A stretch of DNA of 64,000 nucleotides from Elusimicrobiota bacterium. Lineage in GTDB: Bacteria > Elusimicrobiota > Elusimicrobia > UBA1565 > UBA9628. Positions 1 to 8,339 of the stretch are shown one piece after another. The position numbers and the translations under genes are program-made. The notes under the pieces were generated by a model. It made no database searches. It had not been told where the DNA came from and saw only the letters and a program-made list of their open reading frames with translations. The stretch is taken from assembly GCA_027452025.1 (NCBI GenBank), contig DAIDHI010000044.1, positions 1,493 to 65,492 of the forward strand. Direction: 5' to 3'. How positions within the stretch are numbered: the stretch's first letter is position 1; every line of letters begins with the position of its first letter.

Positions 1-408
1 ACTCAGATCAAGCTGCAGATCCCGGCCGGTGCGGCCAACCCCGCCCCGCCCGTCGGCCCGGCCCTCGGCCAGCACGGCTTGAACATCATGGATTTCTGCA
101 AGCAGTTCAACGAGCGCACGAAGAAGGCCGAGCCCGGCATGACGATCCCGGTCGTCATCACCGTCTTCGAGGACCGCAGCTTCACCTTCATCACGAAGAT
201 GCCGCCGGTCTCTTCGCTGCTCAAGCGCGCCGCCGGCCTGGCCAAGGCCTCCGGCGAGCCCAACCGCAACAAGGTGGGCAAGATCACCCTCAAGCAGGCC
301 GAGGAGATCGCCACGCAGAAGATGCCGGACTTGAACACCAAGGACCTGAAGGCCGCCGTCGAGATGGTGAAGGGCACGGCCCGGTCCATGGGCATCGAGA
401 TTCAGTAG
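1..408 (+). CDS. rplK: 50S ribosomal protein L11, 5' end outside the window
   Basis: Frame 1 from nt 1 reads [37 protein letters not shown]...; classic L11 sequence with stop at 406-408. Confidence 0.95.
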   Translation, partial: TQIKLQIPAGAANPAPPVGPALGQHGLNIMDFCKQFNERTKKAEPGMTIPVVITVFEDRSFTFITKMPPVSSLLKRAAGLAKASGEPNRNKVGKITLKQAEEIATQKMPDLNTKDLKAAVEMVKGTARSMGIEIQ

Positions 409-417
409 CTGATTTGG

Positions 418-437
418 TGTCAGGGGCCTGACACCAG
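418..437 (+). promoter_or_regulatory. Perfect 9-bp stem hairpin (ggtgtcagg-ggcc-tgacacc) in an 85-nt rplK-rplA spacer; candidate L1 autoregulatory or attenuator structure
   Basis: Inverted repeat seen directly. The spacer is unusually long compared with 3 nt in E. coli. A GGAG SD follows at about 482. Confidence 0.4.
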
Positions 438-493
438 CCGCAGCCGTCGATAGACCGAGGCCGCGAGGCCGCTAACAGGTCAAGGAGAACACA

Positions 494-1177
494 ATGAGCA
501 AGAGACTCGAGAAGATCGCCAAGGAAGTGGACTTGGCCAAGACGTACGCCGTGGACGAAGGCGCCGCCGTGGTCAAGAAGTGCGCCACCGCCAAGTTCGA
601 CGAGACCGTCGAACTGCACGTGCGCCTGGGCGTCGACCCCAAGCAAGCCGACCAGCAGGTGCGCGGCACCGTGGGCCTGCCGCATGGCCTCGGCAAGAGC
701 AAGAAAGTCGCCGTCGTTACCCGCGGCGAGAAGCAAAAGGACGCCCAGAACGCCGGCGCCGACATCGTCGGCGGCGACGACCTGGTCGATCAGATCTCCA
801 AGGGTTTCCTGGACTTCGAGGTCCTGGTGGCCACCCCGGACATGATGAAGGACCTTTCCAAGCTCGGCAAGGTCCTCGGCCCCAAGGGCCTCATGCCCAA
901 CCCCAAGAGCGGCACGGTCACGATGGACGTGGCCAAGACGGTCAAGGAGCTCAAGGCCGGCCGCGTCGAGTACAAGGTCGACGACTACGGCATCATCCAC
1001 GTGCCGGTCGGCAAGGCGTCCTTCGAGGCCGGCAAGATCGCCGGCAACGCCCGGGCCGTCATGGAGGCCGTCATCAAGTCCAAGCCGGCCGCGGCCAAGG
1101 GCACCTACGTCATGAGCGCCACGCTCTCTTCGAGCATGGGCCCCGGCGTCAAGCTCGACCCCAGCCAGAAGTTCTAA
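494..1177 (+). CDS. rplA: 50S ribosomal protein L1
   Basis: 227 aa with typical L1 sequence ([13 protein letters not shown]...[10 protein letters not shown]); AGGAGA SD upstream. Confidence 0.95.
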   Translation: MSKRLEKIAKEVDLAKTYAVDEGAAVVKKCATAKFDETVELHVRLGVDPKQADQQVRGTVGLPHGLGKSKKVAVVTRGEKQKDAQNAGADIVGGDDLVDQISKGFLDFEVLVATPDMMKDLSKLGKVLGPKGLMPNPKSGTVTMDVAKTVKELKAGRVEYKVDDYGIIHVPVGKASFEAGKIAGNARAVMEAVIKSKPAAAKGTYVMSATLSSSMGPGVKLDPSQKF

Positions 1178-1199
1178 GAAGCGCCGCCGCAAAAGCCGA

Positions 1200-1234
1200 G
1201 GGGCTCTCCGCGAGGAGAGCCCCTCTTCTCTTTT
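1200..1234 (+). terminator. Rho-independent terminator after rplA
   Basis: ggggctctcc-gcga-ggagagcccc stem followed by tcttctctttt. Confidence 0.8.
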
Positions 1235-1245
1235 GGGACAGGCGT

Positions 1246-3606
1246 TTAATAGGGAGGCACCGTCTGCGGCAATGCGCTGAAGATCCTCTGCCACCAGTGG
1301 CTGCTCGAGCCGCCGCAGTCGCTGACCGCGAACTGGCCGCCCTGAAGCTGGACGCATTTCTGCTCCTTGTCGCCGACGATGGTGACGATCGGAGCCCCGT
1401 TGCCCGCGCGCATCGTCAGCTTGGCCGGGCCCTGGATCTCGTACTGCTGGCCGTTGGCCTGGATCGAGGCCGGCTGGCCCCTGCCGTCGGACGCGTCGAC
1501 TTTGAGCTGGCTGCCGTTTTGCCAGTCGATCTCGCTGACGGCGCCGGTCCGGGGATCGACGCGCTCCATGCGGTCGCCCAGCGAGACCGCCATGGGGGCC
1601 GAGCCCTTGGCCCCGGCGGGAGCGGCGATGGGCTTGAGCCCCCCGCGATCGGCCATGCCCTCGTCATCGGGCGCGTTTTTCGGGATGAAGACGGTCGCGT
1701 AGGCCTGATAGAAGCGCGGCTGACCGCCCGGCGACTTGTATTCGATCACGGCGCCGGGCTGCAGGATGTAGTTGTTCGCGTCGGCGCCGTAGCGGCCGCT
1801 CTCGATGCGCAGGAAGTGATCGTAGGCGTCCTGCGGCTTGTCTTTGGGCGCCCACGTGACGGTCATTTCCGAGCCGTCGCCGAGCTGGTTCTTCTGATAT
1901 TGAGAGACCGTCTCGTCGCCGGCCGACCAGGAGGCGTCGGCCTTCATGCCGGTCGCGGCGGCGGGCGAGACGGGTTTCTCTTTCTTGTTCTCCCCCGCGG
2001 ACCGCGCCACGGGCGAATGACCGCCCCCGGGAGTCCAGGCGCAGCGCTGCATGTCCGGATTATCCTTCAGGAAGTCTCCCATCTGCTTCCAGGGAAGGCC
2101 GGGCCTGCCGCAGTTATGGACGACGCGGTCCTTGAGCTCCTGAGTGATGGCCTGGCTCTCCTGCAGCTGCGCTCCCTGCAGCGGCTGGTCCTTGAGCTTG
2201 GCGTAAGCCTGAACCAGCGTCACCGTCTTCGGGTCGAAGAGATTGCTCTTGTCCTTGCCCGAGAAGTGGTCTTGGTATCCGCCCAACTGACCCAACGCCT
2301 GCACGGCCGCGGCGCTGGGCTTTTGCTCATCGACGGTGGGCACGGCGCTGGTCAGCTTGCGGGCCGCTTGCAGCGGCGTCAAGACGTCGATGGCGGCATA
2401 GTCCCCGTTGGCCTTGTTGAGAGCGGCCTGGCTGGGATTATTCAAGGCGGCCGAAATCTCGTTCTTGACGTTTTGCATCTTGCCTTCGGCGTCCGTGACG
2501 CCCTTGAGGGCCGCCGAGACGGGCGGGGTCTGCTGCAGCTTCTTGAGTTTCCCTTCTTGATAGGAAAGGTCGTTTAGGCTCAGGTCGACGCTGGTCTCGG
2601 TCCTCGCCAGGCCGGCCTTTATGTTTGCCCGCTCGGCGTCGCTGAGAGCCGGGGCCGGCTTGGCGGGCGCCGGTCCCGCTTCGCTCTTGTTCATCCAGAA
2701 CGCGGGCGCGGCGTCGGCCGGCGCGCCTGCCGCGCCGGCAGCGGCGCCGGCGAGGGTCAAGGGCGTGCGGCCGCTTTCGAGCAGGCGCGCGTCGGCCTCG
2801 GAGGACTTCTGGGCTCTGCCGAGGTTCTTCTTGAGCCTGCCGCTCTGGTTGAGGCGATTGACGGCGGCGGAGCTGAAGAACTGCGCCTTCTCCGCGTCGG
2901 AAGCCTGGCCGCCCTTTTCCAGGCGCTTGAGGAAGGCCACCTTGTCGAGGAGGTGCTTGTAAGCCTTGTCGCCCAGATAGACCTTGATCAGATCGCCGGC
3001 CGTCAGGTGGCTGCGCCTCTTGTGGCCGAAGCTCGGGAAAAAGCCCTTCGCGGCCGGCAAGCCGTCGGCGCTTTGGCACATGACGCCGTTCTTGGTGTCG
3101 GTTTCGCGGGCCAGCTCGTTTTGCAGCCCTCGGCTGGTGTAAAGCTCCTGCGAGAAGTTCTTATAAAGAGCCCCCGCCGCCGTCCGGCCGCATTTGTAGT
3201 CGGCCAGGTCCTGCTCGTGCTGGGCCAAAAACGACGAGAAGCCGGCCTTGGCGCCAAGCTGCGCCCATTCGGCCTCGGAATACAGATTCTCGCCCGGCCG
3301 GCTCTTCGACACTTCGGCGTAGACGGCGCACTCGCGCTCATGCTTGTCCTCGCAGGAGTCGCGCAGCCAGTCCGGCTCATCGCCGCACTTGTCGGCGCAG
3401 ACCTGGCCCCAGCGCGTGAGCAGGCCGGTGTACTGCCGGCTGAAATTCTTGTTGCAGGCATCGGTGGCGGCGGGCTGCCCGCAATACAGGGATAGATATT
3501 GCTTGTAGGTCGTGTCGCACTCGCCGGCGCAAGCGGCGCCCGGGTCGGCGCGAACGACGCCGGGAAACAGCGTCGCGACGGATAGGAGGAGACTGAGGGC
3601 GGTCAT
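1246..3606 (-). CDS. Large secreted Cys-rich hypothetical protein (786 aa)
   Basis: N-terminal signal peptide MTALSLLLSVATLFPGVVRA followed by multiple Cys pairs. GC3-rich codon usage is consistent with the host genome. No family recognised by eye. Confidence 0.7.
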   Translation of the reverse strand: MTALSLLLSVATLFPGVVRADPGAACAGECDTTYKQYLSLYCGQPAATDACNKNFSRQYTGLLTRWGQVCADKCGDEPDWLRDSCEDKHERECAVYAEVSKSRPGENLYSEAEWAQLGAKAGFSSFLAQHEQDLADYKCGRTAAGALYKNFSQELYTSRGLQNELARETDTKNGVMCQSADGLPAAKGFFPSFGHKRRSHLTAGDLIKVYLGDKAYKHLLDKVAFLKRLEKGGQASDAEKAQFFSSAAVNRLNQSGRLKKNLGRAQKSSEADARLLESGRTPLTLAGAAAGAAGAPADAAPAFWMNKSEAGPAPAKPAPALSDAERANIKAGLARTETSVDLSLNDLSYQEGKLKKLQQTPPVSAALKGVTDAEGKMQNVKNEISAALNNPSQAALNKANGDYAAIDVLTPLQAARKLTSAVPTVDEQKPSAAAVQALGQLGGYQDHFSGKDKSNLFDPKTVTLVQAYAKLKDQPLQGAQLQESQAITQELKDRVVHNCGRPGLPWKQMGDFLKDNPDMQRCAWTPGGGHSPVARSAGENKKEKPVSPAAATGMKADASWSAGDETVSQYQKNQLGDGSEMTVTWAPKDKPQDAYDHFLRIESGRYGADANNYILQPGAVIEYKSPGGQPRFYQAYATVFIPKNAPDDEGMADRGGLKPIAAPAGAKGSAPMAVSLGDRMERVDPRTGAVSEIDWQNGSQLKVDASDGRGQPASIQANGQQYEIQGPAKLTMRAGNGAPIVTIVGDKEQKCVQLQGGQFAVSDCGGSSSHWWQRIFSALPQTVPPY

Positions 3607-3698
3607 GGAACCTCCGAGACTCTAGGGGTTAGGCTCGGAAACAAGTTTAAGGCGCAACCCTTGTTTTGTCAAGGGAAGACGGCGGGATTGCCGGATTT

Positions 3699-4859
3699 TT
3701 ACTCTTCGCCGACTTCCACGCGCCGCGACGGGGAGCCGGCGGCCAGCCACGACAGGTAGGCCTCTATAAAAGGATCCAGTTCGCCGTCCATCACGGCCTG
3801 GATTTGGGAGGTTTGGTGGCCGGTGCGCAGGTCCTTGACCAGCTGGTAGGGCATGAAGACGTAGGAACGGATCTGATGGCCCCAGGCGATGTCGCCCTGC
3901 TCGCCGTAGTGCCTTTCCATCGAGGAGCGCTTCTTGTCCAGCTCGAGCTGATAGAGCTTGGCCTTGAGCATCTTCATGGCGTTGACGCGATTTTGCATCT
4001 GGCTGCGCTCGGTCTGGCAGGCCACGACGATGCCGGTGGCCTTGTGGATCAGGCGCACGGCCGTCTCGACTTTGTTGACGTTCTGGCCGCCGGCGCCGCC
4101 GGAGCGGAAGGTCTCGAGCGTCACGTCGGCGTCGGAGACCTCGATGTTGATGTCTTCCTCGATGTCGGGCAGGACGTCCATCGAGGCGAAAGAAGTGTGC
4201 CGCCGCTTGTTGGAATCGAAAGGAGAGATGCGCACCAGGCGATGGACGCCGAGCTCGCCCTTCAGGAAGCCGTAGGCGTTGGGGCCGCGCACGAAGGCCG
4301 TCAAGCTCTTGATGCCGGCTTCCTCGCCCTTGAGGACGTCGGTGACCGAGAACTCGAAGCCGTGCTGCTGGGCCCAGCGCGTGTACATGCGCACGAGCAT
4401 GTCGTTCCAGTCGCAGGCCTCGGTGCCGCCGGCGCCGGCGTGCAGGCTGACGATGGCGTCGTTGGAGTCGAACTCACCGGAGAGCTTGAGCCGCGCGTCC
4501 ATGGCGGCAAGCCGTCGCGAGACGTCCTGCAGCCCCCTATCGATCTCCTGGAGCTCGCCCTCGTCGTCGGCCTCCTGCGCGAGCTCCAGGTGGGCCTTGA
4601 GGTCGTCGAGCGCGCGCGAAGCGTTCTCGTATTCCGTCAGGCGCTTCTTGAGATCGTTGAGCTCCTTGGACTTCTTCTTGGCGGCCTGGGAGTCGGCCCA
4701 AAACGAGGGCTGCCCGGCCTCGGCCTCGCGCACCTCGACGTCCTTGCGCACCTTGGCCAAGTCCATGAGCCTGCCGATCTTGGCGAGGGCTTCGCGGATC
4801 TCGGCGATCTTGTCGGAGGTCTCTTTGAACACCTTGATAATTTTACGATATCGGGCCAT
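3699..4859 (-). CDS. prfB: Peptide chain release factor 2, encoded in a single frame with no +1 frameshift site
   Basis: GGQ motif ([16 protein letters not shown]), an SPF-type motif, and RF2-like termini. The 5' region reads ATGGCCCGATATCGT... with no CTTTGAC shifty stop. Confidence 0.9.
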   Translation of the reverse strand: MARYRKIIKVFKETSDKIAEIREALAKIGRLMDLAKVRKDVEVREAEAGQPSFWADSQAAKKKSKELNDLKKRLTEYENASRALDDLKAHLELAQEADDEGELQEIDRGLQDVSRRLAAMDARLKLSGEFDSNDAIVSLHAGAGGTEACDWNDMLVRMYTRWAQQHGFEFSVTDVLKGEEAGIKSLTAFVRGPNAYGFLKGELGVHRLVRISPFDSNKRRHTSFASMDVLPDIEEDINIEVSDADVTLETFRSGGAGGQNVNKVETAVRLIHKATGIVVACQTERSQMQNRVNAMKMLKAKLYQLELDKKRSSMERHYGEQGDIAWGHQIRSYVFMPYQLVKDLRTGHQTSQIQAVMDGELDPFIEAYLSWLAAGSPSRRVEVGEE

Positions 4860-4870
4860 ACTTCGGTACG

Positions 4871-5176
4871 ATGTGCCCGCCCGAGAAAGCTCTGGTCGTC
4901 AAGGCCGCCGCGCCGATGGGCGCGCCGCTGGCCCCGAAGAACCTGGATTGGACCGACGCGCCCGCCGACCTTCGGACGCTCGTGCCCAAGGCCTTCGCCG
5001 TGCGCCACACGCTCGTGCCGCTCTCGCTCGACGGCGAACGGCTGACGGTGGCCATGGCCCGCCCCGAGGACCAGCTCGCCCTGCGGCGGCTGCGCCTGAT
5101 CACGCGCTGCCAGGTCCAGCCTCTGCTTGCGCCCGCGGGAAAGGTCTTCGTGGCGATCGCTCAGCTCTACGGCTGA
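4871..5176 (+). CDS. Small protein with a T2SS GspE N-terminal (T2SSE_N)-like domain; start may be the internal Met at 4916
   Basis: Motif [41 protein letters not shown] resembles GspE/PilB N-terminal domains. Confidence 0.5.
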   Translation: MCPPEKALVVKAAAPMGAPLAPKNLDWTDAPADLRTLVPKAFAVRHTLVPLSLDGERLTVAMARPEDQLALRRLRLITRCQVQPLLAPAGKVFVAIAQLYG

Positions 5177-5215
5177 CGGCGTCCGGCCGCGGCGCCAAAA
5201 TGCGATAATCGCGGC

Positions 5216-5980
5216 ATGTCCATCTTGCGCCTGCTGGCCCTGCTCTCCGCTTGCGTCTTCGCCCGCCCGACGGGCTTTTTGGACCGCACCGTCCCCGCGC
5301 CCGGAGGCGCTCGCCGCTATCAGGTGTACGTCCCATCCGCCTGGACGCGGCACCGGCGCTGGCCGGTGATCCTGTTTCTCCACGGGGTCGGCGAGCGCGG
5401 CTCCGACGGCCTGCGCCAGACGCAGGTGGGCCTGGGCTCGGCGATCCGCCTGCATTCCGATCGCTTCCCGGCCGTCGTCGTCTTTCCCCAATGCCCCGCC
5501 GGCGAGTATTGGACCAACCCGGACGCGATGAAGGAGGCCATGGACGCCCTCGCGGCCGCGATCAAGGAATTCCACGGAGATCGCAAGCGGCTTTATCTGA
5601 CCGGCCTGTCGATGGGCGGCTACGGCGCCTGGGCCGCGGCCGACCGGCATCCGGGGCTTTTCGCCGCGATCACGGTCGTCTCCGGAGGCATCGAGGCCGT
5701 GCCGGCGCTCTCCTTGCCCGCCGTCGTCGACGTCCCGCCCGGGCAGGATCCCTACGCCGCCGTCGCCGCGGCCGTGGGCGCCACGCCGGTGTGGATCTTC
5801 CACGGCGCCCAGGATCCGATCCTGTCCGTGGACGGCTCGCGCCGCATGGCCGCGCTGCTCAAGGCCGCGCACCCCTACGACCGCTACACGGAGTATCCCG
5901 GCGTCGGCCACGACGCCTGGGACACGGCCTACGCCGACGAGGACTGGGCGCGCTGGCTGTTCTCGCAGTCGCTTCCCTGA
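5216..5980 (+). CDS. Secreted alpha/beta-hydrolase esterase (phospholipase/carboxylesterase or PHB-depolymerase-like)
   Basis: Signal peptide, nucleophile elbow GLSMGG, HGxxD and catalytic His region GVGHDAW. Confidence 0.75.
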   Translation: MSILRLLALLSACVFARPTGFLDRTVPAPGGARRYQVYVPSAWTRHRRWPVILFLHGVGERGSDGLRQTQVGLGSAIRLHSDRFPAVVVFPQCPAGEYWTNPDAMKEAMDALAAAIKEFHGDRKRLYLTGLSMGGYGAWAAADRHPGLFAAITVVSGGIEAVPALSLPAVVDVPPGQDPYAAVAAAVGATPVWIFHGAQDPILSVDGSRRMAALLKAAHPYDRYTEYPGVGHDAWDTAYADEDWARWLFSQSLP

Positions 5981-6836
5981 GCGAAAACCCGCAGGGTCTG
6001 CGCGTGCAGGCTCGCCGTGCGGCCGAGGTCGGCCGAATAGCCTCCGCCGAGCGTGACGGCCGCCGGGACACCGGCCTTTCGGCAGGCGTCCCTCACCGAC
6101 TCGTCGCGCCGGCGCAGGCCCCCGGCGGTCAGCCGCAGGCCGCCCAGCAAATCTCCCTCGGCGCAATCGACGCCCGCCTGGTAGACGACGAGGCGCGGCT
6201 TGAAGGCGAAGACGCGGGGCAGACACTCCTTAAGCCTGCGCAGATATTCCTCGTCGCCCGTGCCGGCCGCCAGCTCCACGTCGAGCGAGCCGCCCTCCTT
6301 GCGCTCGGGATAGAGATCGGCCTGATGCATGGAGAAGGTGAAGACTTCCGGGTCGCCGGAAAAGATCGCCGCCGTGCCGTTGCCTTGGTGCGCGTCCAAG
6401 TCGATGACGGCGGCCCGGACGGCGCAGGCGCGGACGGCGCAGGCGATGTCGTTGAGGACGCAGAAGCCCTCGCCGTGATCGGGGAAGGCATGGTGAGAGC
6501 CGCCTCCGACGTGCAGCCCGACGCCGCGCGAAAGCGCGTGCCGGCAAGCCAAGATGGTGCCCGAGACCGCCAGCCGGTGCGCCAGGGAGACCTCCGGCGA
6601 GAACGGCAGCTCCAGGCGCATCTCCTCATCGAGGGAGAGCCGGCCCGAGAGCACCCTGTCGACCCAGCCCGGCGCATGGGCCAGGAGCAGCTCCTCGCGC
6701 GAGGGCTCTTCGGGCGCGATGAAGTCGCCCGCGTCCTTTAACAGCTCGGCCGTCAGCGCGAACTTGCGCGTCGGAAAGACATGGTCGCCGATCGCGACGG
6801 AGTAACGCGGCGAAAAGACCAGCAGCGGCCTCACGC
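5929..6836 (-). CDS. Histone-deacetylase / acetoin-utilisation (AcuC)-like deacetylase (arginase/deacetylase fold)
   Basis: Motifs VDLDAHQGNGT, GGGSHHA and LGGGY. A GTG start overlaps the lnt TGA stop (GTGA). The ORF-track 5' extension is antisense overlap with lnt. Confidence 0.75.
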
Positions 6837-8339
6837 GCGGCGGGAAAGCAGCAGACCGTTTGCGGCCAAGAGCGCCAAGGCCAGCAGGCACAGCGTCCCG
6901 AACCAGTCGCCGTGCCGCGCGTAGAAGGAGCGCGCCGGAAAGGGATCTTGCGCGGGCAAGGCGGCGTCGAGGCGGCCCCTGCGGTCCAGGCCCAGGCGGG
7001 CGGTCACCACGCCCCACGGGTCGATGACGGCCGAGATGCCGGAGTTGCCCGCGCGCACCACGGAAACCCGGTTTTCGACGGCGCGAAAGACGTTGGTCTC
7101 GAAGTGCTGGTAGGGGCCCCACGTGTCCTTATACCAGCCGTCGTTGGTCAAATTGAAGATCACGCCGGCGCCGCGCGCGGCGTCTCGCCTGGTCCAGCGG
7201 GGAAAGACCGCCTCGTAGCAGATGGTCGCGGCGGCCGGGCCGGCAGGCGTGCGCAGCAGCGGCTGGTCGGCCGCCCCCGCGGCGATGCCGCCCAGCTCGT
7301 CGAGGATGCCGATGAACCGGCGCAGGAAGGCGAAGGGGACGTATTCGCCGAAGGGCACGAGCTCGCGCTTGTGATAGACGCCGCGGAAGGCCCCGGCGGC
7401 GTCGAGCAGCACGGCCGAATTGAACAGCTCCGTCCCGCTCTGCGTCACGGCGCCGACGATCTGGAAGGCCTTGAGCTTGCGGCTCCAGCCCTCGGCCTCG
7501 GGGACGGTCGCGCCGTCGGGAAGGATGCGCGGCACCGACGCCTCCGGCCAGACGACGATCGCGGGATCCTGGCTCCGCGGCCGTCCCAGCAGCCCCGAGA
7601 AATCGTCGTCGATGCGCGCCGCGGAGCCCGGGTCCCATTTGGCGTATTCGTCGACATCGGGCTGCAGGATCTCGACAGGGACGGTCTTCTCGGAGGCCGG
7701 CCGCGAAGCGAGCTCGTGTCGGCCGAAGCCCCAGGCCGCGAGCACGAGCGCGACGGGAAGCGCCGGCCGCAGCGGCTTGCTCTCGAGCCACGCTTGCGCG
7801 AGGGAGGCGTTGACCCACGCGATCAGCAAACCGAGGCCGTGCGGGCCGAGGACCGACGCAATCTGGATGAGGCTCAAGTGCTTCCACTGCGTGTACTCCA
7901 GCAGATCGGCGCAGGGCCGGGGCGTCCAGCGCTCCCAAGCCACCGTGACGGCCGTCCAGACCAGGGCCCAGCCGAAAGCCCGCGCGGCCGCGGGCAGCCT
8001 GTTGGCGAGCTTCGCGCCCAGCCAGCCGATCATCCCCCAACTGAGTGCGAGAAAGGCGGTCAGCGCGCCCCACGCCAAGAGAGCCACCGGCACCGGCACC
8101 GAAGCGAAGCGGCAGGTGCTGTAGATCCAGTAGAAAGCCAACCCGTTAAAGCCCGCGCCGGCGGCCAGTCCCAGGCCCGCCGCCCGCTTAGGCGCGGCGC
8201 GATAGAGGAGGACGAGCAGCGGGACGAGCGCGAACCAGCCGAGAAAGCACAGGCCGGGCTTGGGCAGGCAAAGCGCGAGGGCCGCTCCGCTGACGACCGA
8301 AAGCGAAAGCTCGGCGGCTAGGCGCCCTGGCCGTGGCAC
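6832..8339 (-). CDS. lnt: Apolipoprotein N-acyltransferase
   Basis: Multi-TM N-terminus plus a CN-hydrolase domain (…AICYEAVFP…NDGWY). The likely GTG start at 8339 overlaps the secA 3' end; the longer track ORF is an upstream in-frame extension. Confidence 0.85.

Noticed and set aside
418-437. Shared 7-mer gtgtcag/ctgacac between the rplK-rplA hairpin and the RayT element inverted repeats (also near 35961); possible REP copies
   Set aside because: A 7-nt match is expected by chance several times in 64 kb. No extended similarity to the 26-bp repeat.
580-2577. 665-aa plus-strand ORF spanning rplA and running antisense to the secreted-protein gene (and many similar long ORFs, e.g. 8333-11080 antisense to secA, 17427-19025, 18106-19701, 31188-33524)
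   Set aside because: Arg/Gly/Pro/Ala-rich low-complexity translations are typical of stop-codon-poor off-frames in about 67% GC DNA. Each overlaps a gene with clear family signatures on the other strand or in another frame.
3699-4859. Looked for the RF2 programmed frameshift (CTT TGA C) in prfB
   Set aside because: Not present. The gene is one continuous frame from its ATG, so it is reported as an observation, not a feature.
5929-7122. Full 397-aa track ORF for the deacetylase
   Set aside because: The first ~96 codons are antisense/out-of-frame overlap with lnt. Homology begins at VRPLLVFSPRY, so the gene was trimmed to the GTG at about 6836.
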